DNA of 64,000 nucleotides from Octopus bimaculoides (GCF_001194135.2 NC_069000.1:9083890-9147889), one strand, 5' to 3'. Numbered from the stretch's first letter, positions 37,227 through 49,376 are shown. Notes: generated by a model not told the origin, from the sequence alone. Program-made: numbers and translations.

Positions 37227-39001
37227 TGTTGTGACAGAGAAAAACACAAGAGTATTATTATAGTAGATGTGATGCACATATTTATGTATGTATGTATGTA
37301 TGTATATGCGTTTGTGTTTAATCACATGAATCCATTGGTGCACATACTTATGCATGCATATATATGCATTTGGGTATGTTTGCGTTTATGTATTTGTGTT
37401 TGGTTTCATGAAGTTAATAGCACATTCACACACACACACACGCACGCATGCAGACACAAATGGACTAACAAGCAAATCCATATCTACATACACACCAACA
37501 AATGCATGCACACACATAAATAAACACTAACATACAGACACAAACAAATGGATGTACACATAGAGAGAGACATGTGTGTGTATGTACGTGTATGTATATG
37601 CATATGTTTGCATGTATGTGAGTATGTGCTTGTCTTTGTTTAGTCACATGAAACCATTAGTGAACACATATGGACATAGGCTCATATCCACACATACAAA
37701 TCAGCTTATCGATATATACACTCGCTCCCAGACATACACATAAATACTCATCTCTCGATCTATACTTATATCTGTCTATCTACCCCTACATTTCTTCATC
37801 TATTTATCTATCTATCTATCAATATAGATAGATAGATAGATAGATAGATAGATTTCATTTCAGTTGTAAGACCATACACAGTCTCTCTCTCTCTCTTTCG
37901 CATCTTCTCCTTCTTTCCTTTTCAATATCTAGAGCTAGAGCAATGTGGACAATCTACTGTGTATATAGCTTCCCCAAGAGAATGGACACAGGATTTACAT
38001 AAACAACAGTATTCCAATAGATTACCATTTCCTGCAACTTCTCTGAAATGTAATGCTTGTAATGTCTTAAAAGAAAAAAAAAAACAACATCCTGCCTTTC
38101 ATTTGCAAATGTATCACTGAATAGCTAGTTCTGTGGTCATTACTGTCCATGAGTGGCTGCATATTGTGTGTGGTGTGTGTGTGTATTTTATCTTTTACTT
38201 GTTTCAGTCAATAGAATGCGGCCATGCTGGGGCACCACCTTGAAGAATTTTTTAAGCATGGTACTTGTTCTATCGGTCACTTTTACTGAACCGCTAAGTT
38301 ACAGGGCCATAAACACACCAACACTGGTTGTCAAAAGTATGTATGTATAGGTTGCGTGGTTAAGAAGTTTGTTTGGCAACCATGTGAGAAACATGTACTG
38401 GGGTTGATCTAATTGGCTCCCTCCCCCAAAATTTCAGGCCTTGTGCCTAGAGTAGAAAAGATTATGTTTCAAACTTGTAACTGGCAGAATCATTAGCACA
38501 CAGAGCAGCATTTCATCTGTCTTTACATTCTGAGTTCAAATTCCGCCAACATCGACTTTGCCTTTCATCCTTTTGGAGTGGATAAAATAAGTACCAGTTG
38601 AGCACTGGAGTTGATATAATTGACCAGCCCCCTCCACCAAATTTGCTGGCCTTGTGCTAAATTTTGGAACCAATTATGTTTCAAACTCCAGCTTAACAAA
38701 GACAAAGATATTTTACAAAATTGTTAGTTATTTTCAAAATTAATTGAGACAGAAGTAGTGTATTCAAACAAAAATATGGTAAGAAAAGGGCAATTCACAA
38801 AGTAATGATTAAGGCAAATCTACAATAGTAGACATTTGCTCAAGTTTCTATACACTGGAATCAAATCCCATGTGTTTACAAAAACTTCTTAATTCTACAG
38901 CCATACCTGTGCTTGTTTGTTTTAATTTTGTGTTTGATGGGTTTTTTTGAGACAAAATTGAAGAAAAATCTTTTAAATCTTATGTTTATTGTATTTTTTA
39001 G

Positions 39002-40438
39002 CATCAGAAACCTGGAGAGAGCTATCACCAAACACACTGCTGTCGGACACTTCAGAAGACCCACCACGACACCGCCTCTGGTCATCCATGCGCCATGCCC
39101 TGCTGCATGGAAGACTTAAAACTTCAGTCTCCAAAAAGATCATCGTGCTTGCCTAATTTTGGATTGTTAAAGTCATCAGAACGTTACCATGAAAATAGAC
39201 GGCTGGTATGGAACCGGCCACTATTGTCAGCAAAAACCTTCAGCTTTCCCAAACTCGGAACGCGGCAGGTTGAACGCAAAACAGCAATCACAAAATCAGA
39301 AAAGACCATTGACAAAGACCTGGAGTTGGTCTCTTGTGGCATCAAACCTCCAAGACCAAAGACTAACAGTCAGACACTTCATTTTGATTTCAGTCGACCT
39401 GACAGTCATGATGAGGACATGGAAGAAGAGGAGGAGGAAGAGACAAATAAAAGTTCAGAAAAGCTTCTTGGAGACATTTCAGATTTTACACGAGATCCTC
39501 CAAATACTTTCCGCCGGAGTAAGTCAACCTTCATGCCCATTCCACAAATTACAGAAACACAATTCAATGTAGATTTGTCCGATGAAACAAACCCAGCAGA
39601 TGAAGACATCTATGTCCAAAGTACCTCTCAAACTAAAGAGTTACCTACAACAACACCCTGTTCCAACAGAGTCCTAACCAATCCTCATTTCTCATCCGAA
39701 AACCGTTTGCCACATTCATCACCTTACAAAACACTGAAAACCAGCCAACAGAGGAATAATTTAAACAACAACCCTGCTAATGCTCCAAAATACATAGCAA
39801 TGCACCCCCAACCTCATTATGCTCAAAGAATCCCAACGTACAAAATCCCAGCAGCCAGTAGACGTTCTTCACCAGCTCAGAACAATAGCAGTTCGTCAAT
39901 GGTGTCTTTTTCAAGCCCTCTCATCACGCAAAAACCTCTAACAACCAATTTGAGCAACTATACCACTTCAAAGATTACTCCTGCAGATATTTCCTTGCCA
40001 ATATACAGCAGTAACTCTCCTTTACTCAATATTCATGGCTCTTCAACAACCCGAGAATCAGAGATGAAATATGCTGATGTTACTACCCTGATGACATCAA
40101 AAGCCCCTGGGCTAACAAACAGCACATATTCCAGTACAACGCCAATCCGAACTCAATTTAATCGAATCTCACAGATGGCTACAAAGTGCCATTCTAAAGG
40201 CATACTCAAAAATAACAGCTCCAGCAGTCAAAGCTCCATAGAGACGCATTCCTCCAACACTCAGTACCCTGTGTATGAAAGTATTGATGACTTGCGCTAC
40301 ATTGATGACACATCGAGTGAAACTTCTTCCTTCATGGAACAAAAAATGAATGGTCCTGAAGATGCCAACCGAAGCAGACCACCAAATAGCCACAACAACC
40401 ACAGAGTAAGCGGCACAGCTGTCTCTGCTGTTTTATAG
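39002..40438 (+). CDS. Large terminal exon of an uncharacterised Ser/Thr/Pro/Asn-rich, probably disordered protein (478 aa from the acceptor; 447 aa from ATG 39095)
   Basis: Longest ORF in the window; acceptor tattttttag|CAT in phase 0 extends the frame by HQKPGESYHQTHCCRTLQKTHHDTASGHPCA; contains an acidic EEEEEEE run, KGILK and YESI; ends AVSAVL*. Confidence 0.8.
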   Translation, partial: HQKPGESYHQTHCCRTLQKTHHDTASGHPCAMPCCMEDLKLQSPKRSSCLPNFGLLKSSERYHENRRLVWNRPLLSAKTFSFPKLGTRQVERKTAITKSEKTIDKDLELVSCGIKPPRPKTNSQTLHFDFSRPDSHDEDMEEEEEEETNKSSEKLLGDISDFTRDPPNTFRRSKSTFMPIPQITETQFNVDLSDETNPADEDIYVQSTSQTKELPTTTPCSNRVLTNPHFSSENRLPHSSPYKTLKTSQQRNNLNNNPANAPKYIAMHPQPHYAQRIPTYKIPAASRRSSPAQNNSSSSMVSFSSPLITQKPLTTNLSNYTTSKITPADISLPIYSSNSPLLNIHGSSTTRESEMKYADVTTLMTSKAPGLTNSTYSSTTPIRTQFNRISQMATKCHSKGILKNNSSSSQSSIETHSSNTQYPVYESIDDLRYIDDTSSETSSFMEQKMNGPEDANRSRPPNSHNNHRVSGTAVSAVL

Positions 40439-40545
40439 TCTCTTCTTCTCCTATTTAAATCTTCCAACAAGACTGAGCTAAATCATAAACTACTCTGAAA
40501 CTTCAAAGTGTTTTTTAGAATCCAAGTGTTGAAAATATCAAACAT

Positions 40546-40773
40546 TAAACCCTTCGGCATTCATATTATTGTATCAAATATAATGCTTCATTCGCATTGT
40601 TTTGACTTAATCATGTATTATCTCATGGCTTTGGGATTTTGATGATGTGACTGTTTATTTTTAGAATAACATTGCACGATTGGTTTGAGAGGCTGGATCT
40701 GGCCAGCTTGAACATAATAGAACAGGTAGAATATTCTGGCTAGCCATGGCCAGTTTAAATGCTAAAGGGTTTA
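40546..40773. mobile_element. MITE with TTAA-CCC-like ends (piggyBac-like) downstream of the orphan gene's stop codon
   Basis: TTAAACCCTTCGGCATTCA ... AATGCTAAAGGGTTTA; related ends near 2857-2990 and 61677. Confidence 0.5.
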
Positions 40774-42889
40774 CATGTTTTGAAGATGGAGCAAGTAGCT
40801 CTACTTTTTCTTCAGATACCAGACAGATAACAAAAAAATTGCTCCTGTAAGCTAAAGTTTGTTTAAACAGTTATGGAATTCATGAGAAGATATCTGTTGC
40901 TAAAAAAAGGTAATAGTCTACATACATCATATGTCGATCGTTAGCATAGTTTAATTGACTGAAAAACAAACTCCAAATCTATCTAAATAATCTAACTGCC
41001 AAAACTAGATTGCAATCTAGTCAGGTGGAGTGAAAAATGTTGCCAAATATTAACAGCTCCAAACAGGCACCAGCGCAGTTTAAAAAAAAAAACTGATAGC
41101 AGTTTCATTTCATGATAAAATGACTGGTGTAAGAAAATTTTTTAAATATCCTATAGGAAAAAAAAAAAAAAGGAAACTAAAAAGAACGAAAATAATTTGT
41201 TCTAGGAAATTGCAAACCCATCATACCCATGCTAGCATGAAAACAGATGTGAAATATGAAAAAAAAACAAAAAAACTGGGTAACTCATAAACGTTGAGCT
41301 TTTATGAAAGGAAAGAGTTATTAGCGGTTATTGTCATTTTACATGTGATCCTGCTACATTCTACATACAAATCTCACAGAGAATCGGCTTTGCTTTACAT
41401 TCTTCCAGGGACAGAGTTAATAACAGTAATGTATTTGGTTCATTTTAATTATAGTCACACATACACTTACAAAATTGGCCTTGTGTCTGGTCAACACATA
41501 CAAAGATAAATAAAATAAAATAAAAATCAATACATTATTAGAGAAAGGGGGTTGGTTTTGGGAGGAAGGGATTCTGAAGATTTCAACCTAATCAATAATA
41601 GTCTTAAACTCACAGACATGTCTGGAAGAAATACTAATGATTAATGTTTTCTTCCTGTTCTATAAAGATCATATTTACGTTTCTTTAACGTTTACCTGAT
41701 AAATGCCTGTCTTGCCAGTTTGGAATTATTCAGAAAGCCTATAATATACTTTATCGATGCTACATAAAACTATAATTCTGTGGGTCATGGTAAATGATGG
41801 GATAGAAAGATTCATAGATCTCCCTTTGGCTGCATTGAAATAACCACTCTTTGATTTATGAGCACTTAAGATTGGACTTGTTGCTTGCACACACATCCAA
41901 ACACACACACACACACAAACATAAATATCTACAAGCACCATCTGCATTCATCCAAACATATATATATATTCACAAAAATCCATACATACATAATCGGGCA
42001 TCCATCTATATAAAGATACAGACTCGCTCATTAACAGACACATAAAGACAAATAAAAATTTTAAAAAACATACTGCAGTTCACACATACACACATCTAAC
42101 AAATATGCAGAGAGGCCCACAGGCAAATATATAAGACATGCTGTGTGAATTTGCATTATGTCTATATTTAGTAAAAGTCTCAAACACTCCTGCTATTTCT
42201 ATGGCCTGGCTATAAGTCATATATTTAATTTCCCTTACATATCACTGTGTATATATGTGTTAACCATACATAACATTGTAACAACATTTGTTTTTATTTA
42301 ATTTTTGTTTCATCTGTAAAAATTTCATCTTATAATATATAATGGACAAAAATATTTTCGAATGCCTTTGTGTTAACTTTAACCAGAATGAACCCTTTTG
42401 TTTTATCTCTTTTGTTATCAACCTCCAAGACACCAATCCTGGTTCTTTGATACAAAATTCCTGTTTTAAAGAGATCTAAATTAAAACCTTTACTCAAAAT
42501 TTCATGTTTGTGTTCCCAACACCAGTTTAATAAGGGCAAAGTTATTATACTAAAAATCTTTATTAATTTCATAATTAACTGAGACAAAAGGAGTGTATAT
42601 CAACAGAAATATGGTAACAAAAGGTTTACCAGCAACAAGAATACACAATTTTGCCTTAACCACAAAGGAAATGCATTTTGCCTTATTTACAACTGGAGAA
42701 GATCATTTTGCTATTAAATGCAACTAAAGTAAATTGTTTTGCTGTTAACTGAGATCAAATGATATCCTTTTGCTTAACCTGTAATCAAAATTTAACATTA
42801 TGCTTTATTCCTTATCTGTAAATATCTCTCCAAATTTTATCTTGCCATTCATAGATTCCCACCAATTTGCATTTTGCTTTGATGCCATA

Positions 42890-43420
42890 ATGGTTGGGAA
42901 GTGTGTCTAAAATTATATTGGATGTTATTGCACTTAATGCAAAGAAACAAGTATGGAAATATCACTATGAGAGGTTGTTCACTGAATGAATGAATTGAAT
43001 GGGATGTTGTGAACCAGATCAAACTGAATTAAACAAAGTGGTCACCTAATGGAAGAAGAGAAATGTTACAATATAACAGTGAAAATCAAGCAGAAAATAG
43101 TAAATAAAGCCATTAATGTAATGTAATGAAGAAAAAGAAAGATTTAGCAGGGCTTTGAAGACTATTTTCGGAAATATTGAATTTTATCAAGTTCAAGAAG
43201 ACAAGTTAATTATTCCCTTGGCTAAGTAGATTATAAAGAATCTGAAGAGAAACCAGTATTTTGAAACTTGGCAAAGTAGGTTCGAAGCTAAAGGCTTAGT
43301 AGAAGTTAAAATTGTTAAGTGCAAGGGTTTAGTTAAATAGAAAACAACAATGTAACAGTATCGAGGCAGTTGCCTTATTTTGTGTGCAGGAAGGGAAAAA
43401 ACAGTTTTGTTCTATGATGC
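42890..43420 (+). mobile_element. Heavily decayed RTE-type LINE reverse-transcriptase fragment
   Basis: Broken frames give WKYHYERLF and YRGSCLI, resembling W..H/YF.RLL and NYRGISL. Confidence 0.35.
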
Positions 43421-44109
43421 ACCAAAATCTAGCAGACTGAGCAGACAGTGAAAATTGTGGCTAAAGATAGTTGAGAATATATTGTATTCCTTTCATAACT
43501 TCCACTGACATCAAGGAAGTTGTTTATTTTATTTAATTGCTTTTATTTTCATTTTTCCATATGTCTTTTAACTTTCATAAAAGAAAAAAAAAACCATGTT
43601 TGCTAAGTGGAATAAAATGTTATTGAATCAATCAATTAAGCAGATATTGAATTTGTTTAGTTGCTTGTCAACGTCTGAGAGATTTCGGTAAAGATAAGCA
43701 CTGTTCTCTGCCATACAACTTTAACAGACAGTGGCATAAAATCAAAGAGAAATCAAATTGTTCAAAGAATAAAATTGCAAGTCTTCAGCAAATATGCCTT
43801 CGAGGAAGCAAAGTTTGTGAAAACTATATTTTTGATATTTTTCTTATATAAATAAATAATGAAATGTACTCAGATATGTTAGCAAAACAGTAATTACCAT
43901 CACACAAGAATTTTTTTCCCAACTACGATAATTTTGTTGTTGTTGTTATAAATAAAGACTCAACCAGAATTCATACAAAAATTTGTACAAACATTCTTCC
44001 ACATCATTAAAAATAAAACCATTTTTAATCAGACCTTCATATAAAAGAGACCCAACCAGACATATTGATTATAAATGATAAGTATTCGACAAAAACTGTA
44101 TTAACGACA

Positions 44110-44561
44110 AATGCAGGCCGAAACATTTTTTGGTTGATATCCTGCAATGTGTTCTGTCTCTCTTGGATATCATTTTGGCTGATGTGTGAGGGATAAAGGA
44201 TAGAAGACAAAATGAACAGCTTTGTCAGGCAACAAGTCAAACGAATACGCTGGCAGATTTTAACCATTTCTTGCGCAGGTAAAAAGATGGAAGCTTGTCT
44301 GGTACGGTCATGTATCCCGCCAAAACTTCCTTTTCAAAACCATTAGTCAGGGAAGAGTTGAGAGAGGGCAAAAGAGAGGCAGACAGAGAAAACTTTGGTT
44401 TGATAACATCAAGGACTGGAAAGGTCCATAGCACAGCCACCTTGCTACGAATGGCAGAGATGAGAGTCCAAGTGGCAACGACTCTGATTCTGAAAATGTC
44501 TAGAGTGGCACCCCCAGCGACTGGCTGCATCAGTTAAGGAATTTTGACGATAATGACGATG
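44110..44561 (+). mobile_element. 3' end of an RTE-clade LINE
   Basis: Frame PFLAQVKRWKLVWYGHVSRQNFLFKTISQGRVERGQKRGRQRKLWFDNIKDWKG matches the RTE ORF C-terminus; GAC/GAT-repeat tail. Confidence 0.8.
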
Positions 44562-44569
44562 TCTCTTAC

Positions 44570-44680
44570 CTTATTCTTGGAAACGGCTTCGAAAGGAATT
44601 CCTCAAACGCCTAGTTGCACTTGCTGTGCGATTCCCAGTCCCTGAGGCCAAAATAAAGTTTCTCCAATTGCCTGCTTGTT
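44570..44680 (-). other. Probable non-coding first (5' UTR) exon of a - strand gene
   Basis: Strong donor AAG|gtaaga (intron begins at 44569); stops in all three frames; directly downstream of a CpG-rich motif cluster. The 5' boundary is approximate. Confidence 0.5.
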
Positions 44681-44750
44681 CACCTGACGTCACTTCCGTC
44701 ACATGACCTATTACGTCACACCACTTCCTGACCTCATGATCACTTCACAA
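44681..44750 (-). promoter_or_regulatory. Promoter with overlapping ETS-CRE composite, E-box-like, second CRE-like and ETS sites
   Basis: TGACGTCA at 44685-44692 overlaps ACTTCCG (- strand CGGAAGTGACGTCA); GTCACATGAC at 44698-44707; TTACGTCA and ACTTCCTG follow within 30 bp; locally CpG-rich. Confidence 0.6.
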
Positions 44751-46081
44751 GACGCTCGTCTCGTTTCAATGTTGTCCTGAGTGGGCATCACTTCTTTTAT
44801 GGGTTCGATCCGTAGTGATCATAATAAAGATTTTAATCACTTCTTTTATGTCTTTCGCAAGTTTGCAGTGGCTGGCCTCACCATCTCTTTGTCATCAGAG
44901 ATGAACAAGCTGTGATTTTTGCGTCTTTTATTCATACATAGTGTTTCTTAAATCTACATCATCCAAGGTATTGTTCCCTATTTAAGTTGACAGACTGCGA
45001 TAATCAACAAAATAGAAATAAAATTTTAACATTTATTTTCTGTGCGGCCCGATGCCAAATGATCCACGGCCTTGTGGTTGGGGAACCCTAATTTAAAACA
45101 AAAGATAACTGGCAATTTATGAATTCTTGCTCCCTATTGTATTGTTGTTTTGGTTTTTTTGACGTATCTACAATTTAATACCCTTCCCATAGGTTGAGGA
45201 AGATTTGAGTACTACATCTAGCACGTTGAGGCTCTATCACGAGGCCGAGATTACAGCACTCCCCTTAAGAGGAATGCTAGTCCGTTGCAGGGTTCAACGT
45301 TAACAATTTTAGAGAGAGGGGATCCTCAGTAAACGAAAGTTTGCTGCATTATGTTCCATTATCTTAGTTGTAAATTACTACCGAATGTTTTACACACAGC
45401 TTTCAAAAATAAATATTTTCAATAAATCGAGGTTATTTTAAACTAAAGTTTAAAATAGCAGACACTATTGCAATGTAATTTACAAATTATCTGAGAAGAA
45501 ATAAACAAAAATGCAAAATAAATCACATTTTGACCACATCGTTCATAAGTATCTTTAAATTAATCTTCATATTGCTTGTCCTCTCTTTCAATATAACAGC
45601 GCGATTAAAATAGAAAAAGTTGCTAATAGATCTGATTTTGATGTAGTGAAAAGAGTAGAGGAGAGAGTAGGCTTGTAAGAGCTTCCAAAACATTTTGGGA
45701 TCCCAAGCATACACAAAAATAATAAATAATAATCTTTTAATTGTTTCAGTCATTAGACTGTCGTCTTGCTGGGGCACTATCTACAAACAAATCGACCTCA
45801 GGTACTTGTTCTATCGGTCTCTTATTGCTGAAATGCGAAGTTACGAAGATATGAACTAACCAACACTAGTTGGGGTGGGGTAGAAAGACTCAAATACAAA
45901 GGCAATCGCACATACGCACACATTTTTTTCTTTCTACTCTAGGCACAAGACCCGAAACTTTTGGGGAGGGAGCCAGTTGATTAGATCGACCCTCACTACG
46001 CAACTAGTACTTAATTTATCGACCCCGAATAACTGAAAGGCAAAGTCGACCTCTGCGGAATTTGAACTCAGAACATAAAAC

Positions 46082-46136
<55 letters not shown>

Positions 46137-46225
46137 TTAAATTTGTTTATGGGAAACATTTTGAATATATACCACTAAGCATTTCGCCCAGCATGCTAAC
46201 GATTCTATCAGCTTCTACATTCAAT

Positions 46226-46590
46226 GTTGGCATTCCGTCGCTTACGACGAAGAGGGTTCCAGTCGATCCGATCAACGGAACAGCCTGCTCGTGAAATTAA
46301 CGTGCAAGTGGCTGAGCACTCCACAGACACGTGTACCCTTAACGTAGTTCTCGGGGATATTCAGCGTGACACAGTGGGACAAGGCTGACCCTTTGAATTA
46401 CAGGCACAACAGAAACAGGAAGTATGAGTGAGAGATTGTTGTGGTGAAAGAGTACAGCTGGGTTCGCCACCATCCCCTGCCGGAGCCTCGTGGAGCTTTA
46501 GGTGTTTTCGCTCAATAAACACTCACAACGCCCGGTCTGGGAATCGAAACCGCGAGTCCGCTGCCCTAACCACTGGACCATTGAGCCTCC
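46226..46590 (-). mobile_element. SINE (family A-related) flanked by a 45-bp direct duplication
   Basis: tRNA-like head at ~46520-46590; identical flanks at 46160-46204 and 46593-46637. Confidence 0.8.
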
Positions 46591-46789
46591 ACTTTGAATA
46601 TATACCACTAAGCATTTCGCCCAGCATGCTAACGATTATGCCAGCTCGCCACCTTCTACATTCAATATATTAACATCAACTTAATTAATTGTCATACAGA
46701 GTTCACTTAAACTTTTGTCACCATATTTCTGATGAAATATACAAACTTTGTTTCAATAAATTTTCAAAATAATCTTTTAGCTTTTATTT

Positions 46790-47165
46790 TTTACTTGTTT
46801 CAGTCAGACTGTGGCCATACTGGGGCACCATCTTGAAGAATTTGTAGTCAAAGGAATCGACCCCAGTATTTATTTTTTTAAGCCTGGTACTTATTTTACT
46901 GACATCTTTTGCTGAACCGCTAAGTTACAGGGAAATAATCACACCAACAATGGCTGTCAAACAGTTGTCGAACAAACAAAGGCACAAACACACATAGATA
47001 TGTATATATATATGACAGGCTTCTTTCAGTTTCTGTTTACCAAATCCACTCACAAGGCTTTGGTTGGCCCGAGGCTATAGAAGACACTTGCCCAAGGTGT
47101 CACACAGTGGGACTGAACTGGGAACCATGTATTTGGGAAGCAAGCTTCCTACCACACAGCCATAA
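46790..47165 (-). mobile_element. Near full-length SINE family C
   Basis: Head at 47165, tail TTTTACTTGTTTCAGTC at 46790; similar copies at 51470-51830 (-), 53068-53450 (+) and 59760-60085 (-). Confidence 0.8.
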
Positions 47166-48857
47166 TGAAGAATTTAGTAAAGTAACTTTGTCATTATTAA
47201 AGCATGCGTTTGGAAGATAAATTAACATGAAATTTTGATGGAAGATTTTAATATAAATAACCTTAAAGCAAGAACTTTGTATCATGGAGCTAGGGGCGCA
47301 GACTCAGGTGGGTTCGTATCAAAAGGGTCAAAACTTCGGTGTCATTAATTATCAGGGATATATTTTTACATGCTCTTTCTCGCTGCCTAGAGGTCCATTT
47401 TAGGAAAGTGAATCAAAAAAGAATCGTACTAAAATTCCTGTCATACAACAGGATAGTAATTACAGATTCTGAGTTCTTCAAGCTAACGACATCACACAAG
47501 CAGCTTTTCCATTTTCAAACATTTGATAATTTTCCCTCCCCATGTTCATACTAAAATTTTTACTTGTTCATTAAATGGTCATTACTGAAGTAGGACTTCT
47601 CAAACACATCTTCCTCCCACCTCTCTCCCTCCCCCTCTTTCTCTCTTCTTTCCTTCCCAATTCTCCTCTTTCCTTACCTCCATCTTTCTCCCTCTCAGCC
47701 ACTCAAAAGTTATTTATAAATCTCTATTATTCTTTTCTATTTTATTAAGAAGTCAAGCCTGGCTATTTCTAAAGTAATCATTTACTTTTCAGCTGTCATT
47801 ATTAACAGTGGAATGACTTGACAAAAATACACAAAACTTTTCAAGATGATTAATTTAACTATGGGGNNNNNNNNNNNNNNNNNNNNNNNNNNNNNNNNNN
47901 NNNATATATATATAGGAGTGGCTGTGTGGTAAGTAGCTTGCTTATGAACCACATGGTTCCGGGTTCAGTCCCACTGCGTGGCACCTTGGGCAAGTGTCTT
48001 CTACTATAGCTTCGGGCCGACCAAAGCCTTGTGAGCGGATTTGGTAGACGGAAACTGAAAGAAGCCCGTCGTATATATGAATATATATGTGTGTATGTAT
48101 ATGTTTGTGTGTCTGTTTGTCCCCGCAACATCGCTTGACATGTAAAAAAAGACCCCAGTACATTCTGTAAAGTGGTTGGCATTAGGAAGGTCATCCAGTT
48201 ATAGAAACCATGCCAAACCACACAGCTGAACTCCAGCCTTAGCTCCTGTCAAACCATCTAACCCATGCCAGCATGGAAAATAGACGTTAGATGATGATGA
48301 TGTTAGGAGAAGGAGGAGGAGGAGGAGGAAATACACAGAAGAATCTCTCAAAGACTTTCAGGAGGACAGTAAAGTGTTTCTTTTGATTTTGATTAAATTT
48401 AGTTTAATTTTGGAATCTAACCAATAGTTCTTAGAAATCTATATTGCAGAAGATTCTTCGGCTTCTTTTGTCAGAAAAATTTCATTTTTCTCTCTAAATC
48501 TTTGAAGAATTTCTTCTGCCACAGTTGAAATAATTAAAAAGGTTACTTTCATGGTTTCTGGCTTCCTGCAAACTCATCCTAGAAAATTCTATTTTGGTCA
48601 GCCACATTTTTACTATTAATTTGGTAGTGAAGAATATTAGATTTGTGTCAAAGAAGCAAGATTGGTGAATGCAAATATTACATTTGTTCTTGAAAGACTT
48701 CAGTATAAACCCTGACACAGTTTTCTAATGTCTATAATTAGACACTGAAGAAATGGCAATATTTTGGTTCTTGTTGCTATTGTTTAGCCTCAAGTCAGTT
48801 CCAATACAAATGACCAATTCCAATACAAATGGCCTGTCTATGATCCAAAGTATATGT

Positions 48858-49295
48858 CATCATCATCATCATCATCATTTAACGTCTGCCTTCCATGCTA
48901 GCATGGGTTGGACGATTTGACCGAGGACTGGCGAACCAAATGGCTACGCCAGGCTCCAATCTGATTTGGCAGAGTTTCTACAGCTCAATGCCCTTCCTAA
49001 CGCCAACCACTCCAAGAGTGTAGTGGGTGCTTTTACGTGCCACCAGCACGAAGGCCAGTCAGGCGGTACTGGCAACAGCCATGTTCAAAATGGTGTATTT
49101 TATGTGCCACCTGCACAGGAGCCAGTCCGGTGGCACTGGCAACAACCTTGCTTGAATGTCTTTTCACGTGCCACCAGCACAAGTGCCAGGAAGGTGACGC
49201 TGGTAACGATTATGCTCAAATGGTGCTATTTACATGCCACTGGCACGGAAGTCAGACAGTTGCTCTGGCAACGATCACGCTTGGACGGTGCTCTT
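48858..49295 (-). mobile_element. SINE family D ((GAT)n tail) with four internal ~65-bp tandem units
   Basis: CATCATCAT tail then TTTAACGTC...TTCCATGCTAGCATGGGTTGG; units start near 49031, 49099, 49161 and 49228; other copies near 7440, 29170 (+), 54880, 60490 and 62100. Confidence 0.8.
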
Positions 49296-49340
49296 GTATA
49301 TATTTATATATATATATATGTGCTTGTGTGCATATATATG

Positions 49341-49376
<36 letters not shown>

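Noticed and set aside
36067-37263. Several long ORFs of 145-237 aa
   Set aside because: They span the N gap and (TA)/(CA) microsatellites.
37933-38110. + strand open frame LEQCGQSTVYIASPREWTQDL after a strong acceptor
   Set aside because: No good phase-0 donor to link with 39002; left unresolved.
42648-42780. CRISPR-like repeat-spacer appearance
   Set aside because: Eukaryotic spliced-gene context, core only 6-8 bp, no cas genes.
44237-44537. 97-aa (-) and 80-aa (+) ORFs as host exons
   Set aside because: Antisense and off-frame readings of the RTE LINE 3' end.
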